IMG/VR virus record: IMGVR_UViG_3300022660_003821 | Strand: one strand, 5' to 3' | DNA from: a virus | Lineage: Duplodnaviria; Heunggongvirae; Uroviricota; Caudoviricetes | Length of the DNA stretch: 64,000 bases | Shown here: one piece after another, positions 36,369 to 46,448 of the stretch | Numbering within the stretch: position 1 is the stretch's first letter | Layout of the letters: each line of letters opens with the position of its first letter | The notes under the pieces: generated by a model | Seen by the model: the letters and a program-made list of their open reading frames with translations, nothing else | Database searches by the model: none | Told to the model about the DNA's origin: nothing | Program-made: the position numbers and the translations under genes

Positions 36369-36429
36369 GGAACTGGTAGCTCAGTTGGCAAGAGACTTGG
36401 GTCGGTGGTTCGAGTCCACCTCAGTTCCC
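36369..36429 (+). ncRNA. tRNA-like element of about 61 nt without a proper anticodon arm; possibly a tRNA pseudogene
   Basis: Acceptor GGAACTG/CAGTTCC, D-loop-like AGCTCAGTTGGCAAGAG and T arm GGTGG-TTCGAGT-CCACC are all present. Only a 3-bp GAC-TTGG-GTC mini-hairpin stands where the anticodon arm should be. Confidence 0.4.
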
Positions 36430-36540
36430 TCAAAACCATTCGGGGTTAAGTGGAAGCCCGCCCCTGCGCATGAGTTTATGAGTACCTTGAACTCAACAAA
36501 CACTTATCGGGACATGGTGGTTAGGGTTGATCCATCACAT

Positions 36541-36613
36541 AGTGCATTAGTTCAGTGGTTAGAACGCCTGCCTGTCACGCAGGAGGTCACGGGTTCGAGT
36601 CCCGTATGCACTG
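36541..36613 (+). tRNA. tRNA-Asp (GTC)
   Basis: Perfect acceptor AGTGCAT/ATGCACT, anticodon loop CTGTCAC, T arm ACGGG-TTCGAGT-CCCGT. Confidence 0.75.
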
Positions 36614-36618
36614 CAATT

Positions 36619-36705
36619 GGAGGCGTGGGTGAATTGGTAAAACCACCACACTGCTAACGTGGCTGTCGTGAAAGCGGCTTGCAGGTTCGAAACCTGCCGC
36701 CTCCG
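36619..36705 (+). tRNA. tRNA-Ser (GCT), type II
   Basis: Acceptor GGAGGCG/CGCCTCC, anticodon loop CTGCTAA, long variable arm, T arm GCAGG-TTCGAAA-CCTGC. Confidence 0.7.
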
Positions 36706-36727
36706 CAATAACTTAATAGAAACAATT

Positions 36728-36952
36728 ATGAGCAACAAAACAACAACATCTGGAACAGGCATATCTTTTTTAGGTTTGCTTGCTATCGTTTTCATTACAT
36801 TAAAATTATGTAACGTCATCACTTGGTCATGGTGGTGGGTAACTGCTCCATTATGGGGAGGACTTGCTTTTTGGTTGGCCATTACTATTATTGCAATGGT
36901 ATGTTACGTGTTGATGTTACTGATTAAATGTATGGCAAAACGTAAGTCATAA
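36728..36952 (+). CDS. small two-transmembrane-helix protein (75 aa)
   Basis: Internal Met of ORF 36659..36952, placed after the tRNA-Ser. Confidence 0.4.
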   Translation: MSNKTTTSGTGISFLGLLAIVFITLKLCNVITWSWWWVTAPLWGGLAFWLAITIIAMVCYVLMLLIKCMAKRKS

Positions 36953-36958
36953 ATAGAT

Positions 36959-37029
36959 TGCTCTGTGGTGTAATGGTAACACATTAGATTTTGGTCCTGA
37001 GATTCCAGGTTCGACCCCTGGCAGAGCAA
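36959..37029 (+). tRNA. tRNA-Gln (TTG)
   Basis: Perfect acceptor TGCTCTG/CAGAGCA, D stem GTGT/ACAC, anticodon loop TTTTGGT, T arm CCAGG-TTCGACC-CCTGG. Confidence 0.65.
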
Positions 37030-37072
37030 CTAATCATTTTACGTAAAGCCTCAATTCGCATCTTTCTCGATA

Positions 37073-37378
37073 TTGGAGAGATTTGAATTGAGGCTTTGTT
37101 GTCTAAAAATCATCAGTATGGCACATAATAAAATTTCTTTGGACAGATTTTTTGAAGTTGGTGGGTGTTGTGAAGTGCATTGTATATTACGACATGAAAC
37201 GGAATGGAGAATAAAATATCCTAAAAATATATATGAGTTTAATGATCTAATGTACAATGTTGCTGTGCAACGTACTAATTTCTTTTGGAACGGATGGGCG
37301 TACACACCCTTCATTGTAAAAGAAGGCAATCGCAAAACATTCCATTACTTAATTGCAACCCAGTCATTAAAGATATGA
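37073..37378 (+). CDS. hypothetical protein
   Basis: ORF. Confidence 0.4.
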   Translation: MERFELRLCCLKIISMAHNKISLDRFFEVGGCCEVHCILRHETEWRIKYPKNIYEFNDLMYNVAVQRTNFFWNGWAYTPFIVKEGNRKTFHYLIATQSLKI

Positions 37379-37629
37379 AACACTATACAGAAACTGACCA
37401 TGACAAGATTGTGCTTCACATAATGTCTGCAATTTTAACAGGGCATGAGTTGGACACTCCTGTATGCCCACCTCGTAATGACGGTACGCGAATCGTGTGC
37501 CTGTACATAAGTATTGAAGAAGGCTTCCTGATAGATGGTGCCATATTTCGCCAACTATATGATGAAGGGTTAAGATTAGCAGTACAAAGAGCACATGCAA
37601 TTATTGAACTATACGGTAAATTAAATTGA
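37375..37629 (+). CDS. hypothetical protein
   Basis: Internal ATG of ORF 37285..37629. Confidence 0.4.
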   Translation: MKHYTETDHDKIVLHIMSAILTGHELDTPVCPPRNDGTRIVCLYISIEEGFLIDGAIFRQLYDEGLRLAVQRAHAIIELYGKLN

Positions 37630-38351
37630 AATACATCATCTTCTTAAAACTTACATTTTATGATTTCAACATGAAAGATTTTGTTGTGTCTGTTAGAAAG
37701 CTAACAGATGTAGAACTTATGCGTGAGGCTTGTGAAATGACATTTCTTGGCACAAGCAAGCAGTCATTGTTGAGCATTTACAAAGCGGAGCATTCGCCAG
37801 TTAGAACTCAATTGTTTTGGGTTACGGCAAAGCAAATTCCCTTGTTTATTGCAACACACTTATTACGCCACCATGTAGGTTCTGTTCCTTTCCAGTTGAC
37901 TTGTCGTAATGATAGACAAGGCGGCAATCCTGGACTGATTGATAAGTTAAATACAGTCATCAGTCAACTTAAAGGTGAGATTACGGAAAGCACTTTAGAA
38001 ACTGTGATTGGAGAACTTGAATGGTTGCAAGAAAATTCTGACCGTTACACACCTGTCAATCTTGGACTGTTGGTAAATGCCCAGTCATTGATTGATATGT
38101 CGAAACTGAGATTGTGTACTGGTCAGGCACACAAAGAAACTGTGGCTGTGTTTGAGAAAATCAAACAGGCTATCTCTGAGGTTGATCCTGATTTAGCGTG
38201 TATGATGGTCCGTAAATGTGTGTATCGCGGTGGTATCTGTGGTGAACCTCGCTGTTGCGGATTTAACCATTCGCCAAAATTCCAACAAGAAATGACTGAG
38301 TATCTTCGATATTTTTCTGATAAACAAATCGGATGTTATATTAAGGACTAA
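37626..38351 (+). CDS. hypothetical protein with a C-terminal Cys cluster
   Basis: TTG-initiated ORF; an alternative ATG is at 37671. Confidence 0.45.
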   Translation: MKYIIFLKLTFYDFNMKDFVVSVRKLTDVELMREACEMTFLGTSKQSLLSIYKAEHSPVRTQLFWVTAKQIPLFIATHLLRHHVGSVPFQLTCRNDRQGGNPGLIDKLNTVISQLKGEITESTLETVIGELEWLQENSDRYTPVNLGLLVNAQSLIDMSKLRLCTGQAHKETVAVFEKIKQAISEVDPDLACMMVRKCVYRGGICGEPRCCGFNHSPKFQQEMTEYLRYFSDKQIGCYIKD

Positions 38352-38352
38352 T

Positions 38353-40548
38353 ATGGTACAGAAAGTAGAAAAACGAGATGGCAGAATCGTGGATTTTGAC
38401 CACAACCTCATTTGCCGGGCGATATGCAAAGCGATGAATGAATGTGAAATATCTGATAAAGAAGTGGCCTATCAGATAGCTCTGGAAGTTCGTAATAGTA
38501 GCAATAAGGAATGCTTGACTGTTGACGAGATTCAGATAATGGTAGAAAATCAGTTAATGAAGACTGACCTGCCAGATGTTGCACGTGCTTACATCATCTA
38601 TCGTCACAAACGCGACAAGGCTCGTAAAAGCGAAAGCAACCAGATTATTTCTGATATTATCGCAGCAAAGAAAAATGAGATTACTCGTGAGAACGCCAAC
38701 ATGAATGCCGACACACCAGCAGGCATGATGATGAAAGTTGCAAGTGAGCGAACAAAAGAGTTTACAGATGATTATTTGGTTTCTGATGATGTACGTGCAT
38801 TAATGGATGCAAACATTCTTCACGTTCACGACAAGGACTATTATCCTACTAAATCATTAACCTGTTTGCAACACCCTGTTCAAAAAGTTTTGTCTGAAGG
38901 CTTTCGTGCTGGGCATGGCGAATCTCGTGCCGCTAAGCGTATTGAGACAGCAAGTATTCAGGCTTGCATTTCAATGGAGGCTATTCAAAATGAAATGCAC
39001 GGTGGACAAGCAATTCCAGCATTTGATTTCTACTTGGCTCCTTATGTGCGTAAAACGTATATAGAAGAGGTTAAGAAGTTAGAGGCAATCGTTGGCGATA
39101 TGAGCGATTTGTACAACGCACCAATTTCTGACTATTTGTATAAAGATATATCTGCACTGTCTGGGTTGGCAAAATACAAACAACACGCTATCAATATGAC
39201 TATCAATCGTGTTCATCAAGCTATGGAGGCATTTATCCATAATATGAATACCATTCATAGTCGTGGAGGTAATCAGGTTGTGTTCAGCTCTATCAACTAT
39301 GGTACAGATATTTCACCAGAAGGCCGTTGTATCATTCGTGAGACACTTAATTCGACATACGATGGTGTTGGTAATCATTCTACTGCTATTTTCCCAATTC
39401 AAATCTGGAAAAAGAAACGTGGGGTGAACTTCTTACCAGGCGATCCAAATTATGATTTATATTTGCTCGCTTGTAAGGTAACAGCAAAGCGATTCTTCCC
39501 CAATTTCGTAAATCTGGATGCGCCGTTTAATCGTCATGAAAAATGGTCCGCTACAGATCCTGAGCGATACAAGTATGAGGTTGCGACAATGGGATGCAGG
39601 ACACGTGTGTTTGAAAATCGTTTTGGTGAAAAGACTTCAATTGCTCGCGGAAATCTATCTTTCTCAACATTGAACCTTCCAGGATTGGCATTGTCAGTAC
39701 AAAATAGTCCTAATCCTGTTGAAGATTTTATGCTAAAACTTGACCAAGCTGTCGTTGTTGCAGGTAAGCAATTGTATGAACGATACAAATTCCAGTGTAC
39801 CGCCTTGGCAAAACAGTTCCCATTGTTGATGTCTGGTATGTGGATTGGCTCTGAGACTTTATCATCAGAAGATGAGGTTCGCCCGGTATTAAAACATGGT
39901 ACTCTCGGAATTGGATTTATCGGTCTTGCAGAAGCATTGGTTGCTTTAACAGGTAAGCATCATGGAGAATCCGCTGAGTCGCAAGAATTAGGTCTACGTA
40001 TTATTTCCAGATTACGTGAACAAGTTGGTAAATTAGCAGACTACTATGACTTGAACTATTCTGTTTTGGCAACGCCAGCAGAAGGATTGGCTGGTAAGTT
40101 TACAGCAAAAGATAAGGTTAAATATGGCATTATCGAAGGCGTAACCGATAGAGAGTATTATACCAATTCTAACCATATTCCGGTTTATTACAAGTGTAGT
40201 GCCGCGCATAAGGCTCAAATAGAGGCTCCATACCATGCTTTAACTGGTGGTGGCCATATCTTCTATGTTGAGATGGATGGTGATGCTACTCATAATGTAG
40301 AAGCCATTATGGATATTGTCAATTTGATTGACAAGTATGATATTGGTTATGGCTCTATCAATCACAATCGAAATCGTTGCTTGAATTGTGGATATGAGGA
40401 TGCTTCCAAAGATTTGAAAATATGTCCAAACTGCGGAAGCAAGGCTATTGATAAATTGCAGCGTATTACTGGGTATTTAGTCGGAACTACTGACAGATGG
40501 AATGCTGGTAAACGTGCTGAATTGGAAGACCGCGTAACTCACGACTAA
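38353..40548 (+). CDS. nrdD: anaerobic ribonucleoside-triphosphate reductase (class III)
   Basis: N-terminal ATP cone, a Zn ribbon (CLNCG..CPNCG), and the C-terminal glycyl-radical motif RITGYLVG. Confidence 0.85.
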   Translation: MVQKVEKRDGRIVDFDHNLICRAICKAMNECEISDKEVAYQIALEVRNSSNKECLTVDEIQIMVENQLMKTDLPDVARAYIIYRHKRDKARKSESNQIISDIIAAKKNEITRENANMNADTPAGMMMKVASERTKEFTDDYLVSDDVRALMDANILHVHDKDYYPTKSLTCLQHPVQKVLSEGFRAGHGESRAAKRIETASIQACISMEAIQNEMHGGQAIPAFDFYLAPYVRKTYIEEVKKLEAIVGDMSDLYNAPISDYLYKDISALSGLAKYKQHAINMTINRVHQAMEAFIHNMNTIHSRGGNQVVFSSINYGTDISPEGRCIIRETLNSTYDGVGNHSTAIFPIQIWKKKRGVNFLPGDPNYDLYLLACKVTAKRFFPNFVNLDAPFNRHEKWSATDPERYKYEVATMGCRTRVFENRFGEKTSIARGNLSFSTLNLPGLALSVQNSPNPVEDFMLKLDQAVVVAGKQLYERYKFQCTALAKQFPLLMSGMWIGSETLSSEDEVRPVLKHGTLGIGFIGLAEALVALTGKHHGESAESQELGLRIISRLREQVGKLADYYDLNYSVLATPAEGLAGKFTAKDKVKYGIIEGVTDREYYTNSNHIPVYYKCSAAHKAQIEAPYHALTGGGHIFYVEMDGDATHNVEAIMDIVNLIDKYDIGYGSINHNRNRCLNCGYEDASKDLKICPNCGSKAIDKLQRITGYLVGTTDRWNAGKRAELEDRVTHD

Positions 40549-41009
40549 TGGCAACGAACTTATTTATAGCCAAAATTGCGTACTCAACCTCTGTTGATGG
40601 GGTTGGGTTACGCAATGCCTTATATGTTTCGGGATGCCCTATACGATGTGCAGGGTGTCACAACAAACAGTTATGGGATATTAATTCCGGCCTCCAGATG
40701 TCTGTAAAAGATGTGTGTGATAGTTTGAATGTGGATAATTTCAACATCTCCATACTGGGAGGTGAGCCTTTAATGCAATATGAAGGTATTTTGGAATTAT
40801 GCAAGATGATTAAGGCACAATATCCACATAAAACTATCTGGATGTGGTCAGGTTACACAATCGAGCATATAAAGGAGCATTTTGAAGAAGTGTTGCATTA
40901 TGTTGACGTAATAGTTGATGGCCCATATATGGAGCAGTTCGCGGTTCCAAATTTGAAATGGCGAGGATCTACTAATCAACGCATCATAGAAACCAAAACA
41001 CTATTTTAA
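40548..41009 (+). CDS. nrdG: anaerobic ribonucleotide reductase activating enzyme (radical SAM)
   Basis: CPIRCAGC is a CxxxCxxC radical-SAM motif, and the gene is coupled to nrdD. Confidence 0.8.
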   Translation: MATNLFIAKIAYSTSVDGVGLRNALYVSGCPIRCAGCHNKQLWDINSGLQMSVKDVCDSLNVDNFNISILGGEPLMQYEGILELCKMIKAQYPHKTIWMWSGYTIEHIKEHFEEVLHYVDVIVDGPYMEQFAVPNLKWRGSTNQRIIETKTLF

Positions 41010-41134
41010 TATATGTGCAAATAGATTATATATTTTTGTAATATATTGAATTATAGTATTATAAAAATGTATAGCAAATTTAAGTGTAAAATGTTTGCCA
41101 TTTATTAGCATAGTTTGAAATAAAATATGTACCT

Positions 41135-41632
41135 TTGTCTCACAATTTAATCAACGCGCTCTATGTAATGATTAAGATTAAGGGCATTGTCACGGTCCGA
41201 GAAGGCGATGCCGACACCCATGAGTTAGATTCGCTGGACAATTTGCCAGATGGAGAATATGGATTTCTAATATTTGACAAACAAAAGAATCGCTCTTTAC
41301 CTCAATTGAAGTATCTATTTGGGGTTGTGTTAAAAACCATTTCTGATGGTTTACCTGACCACCCTCCAGTAGATGCCCTATACAGGTACTTTGAAGAAGT
41401 ATATGCACCAATTCATACCTGTACAATCGAAGGCGAAAAGTACGAATATTTCGACCTTAAAAACGACAAATCAATTGAGATGGATGATGTTATTGAGAAA
41501 ATCATTCATCACGCTGCAACTCAGTGGAATATCAAAATCCCAACAAGGGAGGAGATTAAAGAAGCCGAAGCAAGAGAACTTTATGCTGAAGCATACGCTG
41601 AAATGTGGAAAAATCATTCTCGAAAAATTTAA
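41135..41632 (+). CDS. hypothetical protein
   Basis: ORF. Confidence 0.45.
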   Translation: MSHNLINALYVMIKIKGIVTVREGDADTHELDSLDNLPDGEYGFLIFDKQKNRSLPQLKYLFGVVLKTISDGLPDHPPVDALYRYFEEVYAPIHTCTIEGEKYEYFDLKNDKSIEMDDVIEKIIHHAATQWNIKIPTREEIKEAEARELYAEAYAEMWKNHSRKI

Positions 41633-41646
41633 CATCATCAACTCTT

Positions 41647-43023
41647 ATGAGTACGGAACAAGTAAAAATGATGTCCGCTATGGACATTTTTGCCCTTCAC
41701 CAAGAGACATTTGAAGAGGCAAAGAAGAAGTCAAATGACGAAAGTGGTAACAGAGCAGCGTATCTTCGCTTTTCACAGGATGGCACATACACTGTGCGTA
41801 TTCTTCCTTTGGCTCCAGTAATTGACGCAGAAGGTAACGCGACATTGGAACGTAAGGGTTACGAGTACCCTGTTAAGGAACTTGTGCTGAAGATTGAGGA
41901 CAGCAAGAAAGACGCTAAGGGTAAGCCAAAAATCACATTCGTCAATGTTTGTAACGCAAAATATGCGTTCCCCAACCTCCCAGCTGACCTTATTGACACA
42001 TACGTTTCAACAGCTTGCGATTTGTATGCTGATGACGAAGCCTTGTGCAAGAAATTGAAGGAGTCAAGTTTCAACGGTGGTTTGAAGTGGGATTCTAAGC
42101 GTTGTATGTACGTGTATGATTTGGATAAGCGTGGCGATGGCCTGCAAATCCTTCAGCTTTCATACGCACAGTATAAAGAGCTGGAAGATCGCAAGTTGAA
42201 GCTATGGGCTAAACTGTCTAAGAACGGCCAAGTTCCTTGTCCTATTTCATCTATCACAGGTGCATACGCTTTAGAGATTACACGTAAGACTGAGAAAAAG
42301 AAGACCGAGTATTCTTTCAATATCGACACACTCTCAGAAACAGATTCATTGAGTGAGAACGAATTGCAGACCTTGTTGGATGCACCAAGATTGCCGGAGG
42401 TATTGTACCGTTATAACCGTTTCCACTTGGAGGCTACTATCGCATTCTTGAAGCAGATGGACGAGAAACTGGGAATTGAAGTCATGAAAGAAGAGGCTAT
42501 TAAAGAATGTATTGAGACTATCAAACTTGCATTGCCGGCTGATGACCAGTCTCACTTCACTCTTGGTGGTGGCGATGCTAAAAACGCTTCTGCTAATAAT
42601 GACGAGAATGGTCTTGACGCTCTTTGGAACGAGTGGCAGCAGTTGGATGACGAAGGTCTTGATGATAAGTCAGATGAGGGCCGCAATCTCCGCGTGTCAA
42701 TCAAGGAGTACATTGAGGATAACGGCTTGAACATCACATTGGGCCGCACCAAGACTAATCTTGACCTCTTGAACGAAATTGAAGACGCATTGGCTGGTGA
42801 TAGCGGTGCTGCTCCTGCTGAGAAAGAAGAGGAGGAAGAGGAAACTCCAGCTCCTGCTCCTTCAAGACGTTCTGCTCCTGCTCCTGCAAAAGAGGAGGAA
42901 GAGGATGACGATGAACCAGCAGATACAGCTCCTGCTCCTACACGCAGACAACGTAGTGATGATACTAACGAACCCGCTGTCCGTACAGAAAGACGTGCTG
43001 CACGTCCAGCGAGAAGACGATAA
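41647..43023 (+). CDS. T4 gp32-like single-stranded DNA-binding protein with a long acidic, Pro/Ala-rich tail
   Basis: YLRFSQDGTYTVRILPLAP parallels the gp32 RFLP segment; Cys/His zinc-site candidates are present; the C-terminus reads EEEEEETPAPAPS..EEEEDDDE. Confidence 0.5.
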   Translation: MSTEQVKMMSAMDIFALHQETFEEAKKKSNDESGNRAAYLRFSQDGTYTVRILPLAPVIDAEGNATLERKGYEYPVKELVLKIEDSKKDAKGKPKITFVNVCNAKYAFPNLPADLIDTYVSTACDLYADDEALCKKLKESSFNGGLKWDSKRCMYVYDLDKRGDGLQILQLSYAQYKELEDRKLKLWAKLSKNGQVPCPISSITGAYALEITRKTEKKKTEYSFNIDTLSETDSLSENELQTLLDAPRLPEVLYRYNRFHLEATIAFLKQMDEKLGIEVMKEEAIKECIETIKLALPADDQSHFTLGGGDAKNASANNDENGLDALWNEWQQLDDEGLDDKSDEGRNLRVSIKEYIEDNGLNITLGRTKTNLDLLNEIEDALAGDSGAAPAEKEEEEEETPAPAPSRRSAPAPAKEEEEDDDEPADTAPAPTRRQRSDDTNEPAVRTERRAARPARRR

Positions 43024-43037
43024 CCACATTATTCATC

Positions 43038-43069
43038 GGGCACGTCATTAAGTTGGCGTGCCCTTTAAT
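43038..43069 (+). terminator. rho-independent terminator
   Basis: GGGCACG..CGTGCCC followed by TTTAATA. Confidence 0.5.
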
Positions 43070-43078
43070 ACTTGAATT

Positions 43079-44125
43079 ATGTCAGTTAGTAAAATTCCAT
43101 GTGCGTTGTTAATCAACGACATACACGCATCTAAAGATAACATTGCTGAATTTCATGCAAACTGGGATGAGGCAGTTGAAATCTGTCAAAAGCGTGATAT
43201 TCCAGAAATTATAGTTGGAGGCGATTTGTGGCTTTCTCGTTCTTCTCAAACTCTCAGTACATTATTAGCGGTTCGCCAGGCTATTATCAAGGCTACAAAT
43301 GCTGGCATAGACGTTACGTTGGCTGAAGGTAATCACGATAAGGTAGATCAAGAATCGCTGCTTGGTTATAGCCATATATTTAGTGAATACCCACATGTAT
43401 ATATTGTGGATGATTATACAGCACTTGAATATGGTGATAATCTGACATTATATGTCATGAGCTACTTCCCAGAAGACGGCAGCTTCATTAAACGCCTTAA
43501 TGAAATTCTGGAAAATGATTTCGATCATAGGAGGCATAATGTGCTGTATATTCATGAAGGTATAAATGGCGCATTGGCAACTGCAAACGAAAAAGAACTT
43601 CCCAGTAAAATATTCAAAGACTTTGATGCTGTATTGGTAGGGCATTACCATAACCGTTGCAAAATTCAAGGAACTAATATCGAATACATTGGCAGTTCTC
43701 GTCAACACAATTTCGGAGAGGACGAAGCGAAAGGCTACACGATTCTCTATACTGATGGTAGTTATGAGTTTGTGGAAAATCAGGCGAACACCAGATATAA
43801 GGTAATGGACCTTTCTTTATCTCAGGTAAATGTTCAATTACTGGAGCAATTGTCCGAACTGAAAGAATCAGGCAAATATAAGGTTAAAGCTCGTATCAAC
43901 TGTGACACGACAGAAGTGTCCAGTATCGACAAGCAGAAACTTATTGAAGCTGGTGCTACGAAGGTAGAAATTGTGACAGAGCGCATTGAAATCACAGAAG
44001 TAGACTCTCATAGTTTGGATCAAAAATTTGATAAAAACGGAATTAAAAAAGAGTATGTAGGCTTTTGTGACGGTAAAGAGATTTCTTCTGAAATGGGATT
44101 AAAGTACCTTGATAAAATTGATTGA
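43079..44125 (+). CDS. Mre11/SbcD-like nuclease (T4 gp47-like)
   Basis: Phosphoesterase motifs DIH, GGDLW and GNHD. Confidence 0.75.
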   Translation: MSVSKIPCALLINDIHASKDNIAEFHANWDEAVEICQKRDIPEIIVGGDLWLSRSSQTLSTLLAVRQAIIKATNAGIDVTLAEGNHDKVDQESLLGYSHIFSEYPHVYIVDDYTALEYGDNLTLYVMSYFPEDGSFIKRLNEILENDFDHRRHNVLYIHEGINGALATANEKELPSKIFKDFDAVLVGHYHNRCKIQGTNIEYIGSSRQHNFGEDEAKGYTILYTDGSYEFVENQANTRYKVMDLSLSQVNVQLLEQLSELKESGKYKVKARINCDTTEVSSIDKQKLIEAGATKVEIVTERIEITEVDSHSLDQKFDKNGIKKEYVGFCDGKEISSEMGLKYLDKID

Positions 44126-46448
44126 TATGTGGACATTAAGACATATACACGCTAAAAATCTCTGTGCGTTTAGGCAACTTGATTACGATGTTCAACAGCA
44201 ACGAACCACATTGATTTTTGGCAACAACTTAGACAACGACTCCCAGGCTTCTAATGGATCTGGGAAATCAGCTCTTATAGAGGCGATTGCAATTGTATTG
44301 ACTGGAAGCCCGTTGCGTAAGGTTGGCGTTGATGAAATCATTAACGACAATGAAAACGAGGCTGTTATTTCTGCGATTCTCAAAAATGATATGCTGGGTG
44401 AACAACTTACCATTTATCGCCAGTTATCAAGAAAGCAACCGCAGGTCATTCAAGTCATCAAGCAGACAGGTCCTTATGATACTGACTGTGAAGATGTAGC
44501 TCAGGCTTCTGTTGCAGATTATAACAAATACATCCTTGACACTATTGGACTCACAAAAGAAGAGATTTATGCCAATTTTATTTTATCTAAGCATAAATAC
44601 ACTTCTTTCCTTTCCAGTTCTGATAAGGACAAAAAGGAAATCATTAATCGTTTTAGCAACGGTATTTTGGTTGACGAGTCTTTAGCAATTCTACAAGCAG
44701 ATATGGCTCCTATACAAGAAGAGTTAAAATCTGCTGAAGGCAATGTAGCGATGGCTTCTGGTAAAGTATCGGCAATCAGTGAACAGATTGCAACTGAGTT
44801 GGCTGAGGCTACTGAAAAGTCACAGAATAAGAGCAAACGTATTGCAGAATTGAAAGACAAGATTGCAAACAAGCGCGAATACATCCGTGAACAAAATAGC
44901 ATCATTAGCAAGAATAATGAGCGTTTGGATGCACTGGATATAGTAGATGCTAAATTGCAGAAGCTGGAGAAATCAAGTAAAGTGATTGAAGAACTGCAAA
45001 TTCAAATAAACACATTGTTTGGACAACACGGATTATCCAGTTTGCCAGATTATGTGAAGCGAGTTGAAAGTTTGATTACTCAAATTGATTCACTTCATGC
45101 AACACATAAGCAATTGCAAAAGGACGCTAAAGCTAAAGAAAAGGAATTGGCAGCAATAACCAAGTCGCTTAATAGCATCAAAGCGCAGTATGAGCAATTT
45201 GAAGCAACATACAATTCTCAGTCAAGCACTCTAAAAGCAGAAATGCAACGGTTGGCTCGTTCTGTTGAGGAGTTGCAAGAAGAGCAAGCAAAGCTGCAAC
45301 GAAAGCGTCAGCAAATTGAGCGAACTATTGCGTCATTGCAAGCGCAGTTGGCAGGAGTGATCATGTGCCCTAAATGTTCACATGAGTTTACTTTGGCTGG
45401 AGATGTTGATATTGAAGGTGTGCGCAAGCAGGTGTCAGACAAGCAAGATGAGCTGGAGGACACGAAGCAAGAGTTTGATGATAAATGCAAGCAAGTTGAT
45501 GACATTACAGAACAAGGTCGTAACAAACGTAAATCATACAATGCTCTCGCTGAACAGAAAGCTACTATGAGTGCAGAGGTAAATAATGCACAAGTATTAG
45601 TGAACAATGCTCAGGCTGAATTAAACCGTATCTCTTCTTCGTTGCTCTCTATTACTGGAAGCATCGACAAAATAACAAAGGAGATTACTGATATTCGTCT
45701 TGAACTATTCGACAAAGCATTCGAGATTCTTGATATTGCAATCAAAGGTTGTGAAACAGAATCTCAGAATGCAGAAATCAATCGCCAGAATGCTGATGGT
45801 GCCATTAAGTCATACGAAGAGGCAATCAAGGATATTGAAGAATCTTCCGCAACTGATTTGATTGACAACTTGAAAGCAAGCAAGGAGCGTTATGAGGAAG
45901 AGTGGAATAAGGCGATTGCGCACCAAGAAGAGGTTGCAGCAAAGTTGGCAGATTATAAAGCTCAGGAAGCTACTTTCATTGAGTTCAAAACCCATTTGGC
46001 GAATACAAAGATCAATGACCTTAGTAGAATTACGAATGAGTTTCTTGAACGTATTGGTAGCGATATACGAATTGCATTTTCAGGTTATACTGTTTTGAAA
46101 TCCGGTAAAATTAGAGATAAGATTTCTATTTCACTGATTCGAGACGGAGTTGATTGTGGCTCGTTTGATAAATTCTCTGAAGGTGAGAAAGCACGAGTAA
46201 ACTTGGCCAATATTTTGGCAATGCACAAATTGACTAACGTAAACTGTGCAGAAGGTAAGGGCCTTGATTTGCTCGTATTAGACGAGATCTTAGATGCCAC
46301 CGATGAATCAGGATTGGCAAATATCTTTGAGGCACTTAACTCACTCCAGATTACGTCACTGGTGGTTAGTCACGGTAATATTGCTGAGAACTATCCATAC
46401 AAATTGGTAGTCAACAAACAAAACGGTGTATCATTTATTAATGGTTAA
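44109..46448 (+). CDS. Rad50/SbcC-like ATPase (T4 gp46-like)
   Basis: Walker A GSGKSALIEA, long coiled coil, CPKC zinc hook, and a D-loop at VLDEILDATD. Confidence 0.8.
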   Translation: MIKLIDMWTLRHIHAKNLCAFRQLDYDVQQQRTTLIFGNNLDNDSQASNGSGKSALIEAIAIVLTGSPLRKVGVDEIINDNENEAVISAILKNDMLGEQLTIYRQLSRKQPQVIQVIKQTGPYDTDCEDVAQASVADYNKYILDTIGLTKEEIYANFILSKHKYTSFLSSSDKDKKEIINRFSNGILVDESLAILQADMAPIQEELKSAEGNVAMASGKVSAISEQIATELAEATEKSQNKSKRIAELKDKIANKREYIREQNSIISKNNERLDALDIVDAKLQKLEKSSKVIEELQIQINTLFGQHGLSSLPDYVKRVESLITQIDSLHATHKQLQKDAKAKEKELAAITKSLNSIKAQYEQFEATYNSQSSTLKAEMQRLARSVEELQEEQAKLQRKRQQIERTIASLQAQLAGVIMCPKCSHEFTLAGDVDIEGVRKQVSDKQDELEDTKQEFDDKCKQVDDITEQGRNKRKSYNALAEQKATMSAEVNNAQVLVNNAQAELNRISSSLLSITGSIDKITKEITDIRLELFDKAFEILDIAIKGCETESQNAEINRQNADGAIKSYEEAIKDIEESSATDLIDNLKASKERYEEEWNKAIAHQEEVAAKLADYKAQEATFIEFKTHLANTKINDLSRITNEFLERIGSDIRIAFSGYTVLKSGKIRDKISISLIRDGVDCGSFDKFSEGEKARVNLANILAMHKLTNVNCAEGKGLDLLVLDEILDATDESGLANIFEALNSLQITSLVVSHGNIAENYPYKLVVNKQNGVSFING

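Noticed and set aside
37626-38351. Flavin-dependent thymidylate synthase ThyX, next to nrdD
   Set aside because: The size (about 240 aa) and position fit, and there is an LRHHVGS segment. The defining RHR..S..R signature is not present as such, so it is left as a hypothetical protein.
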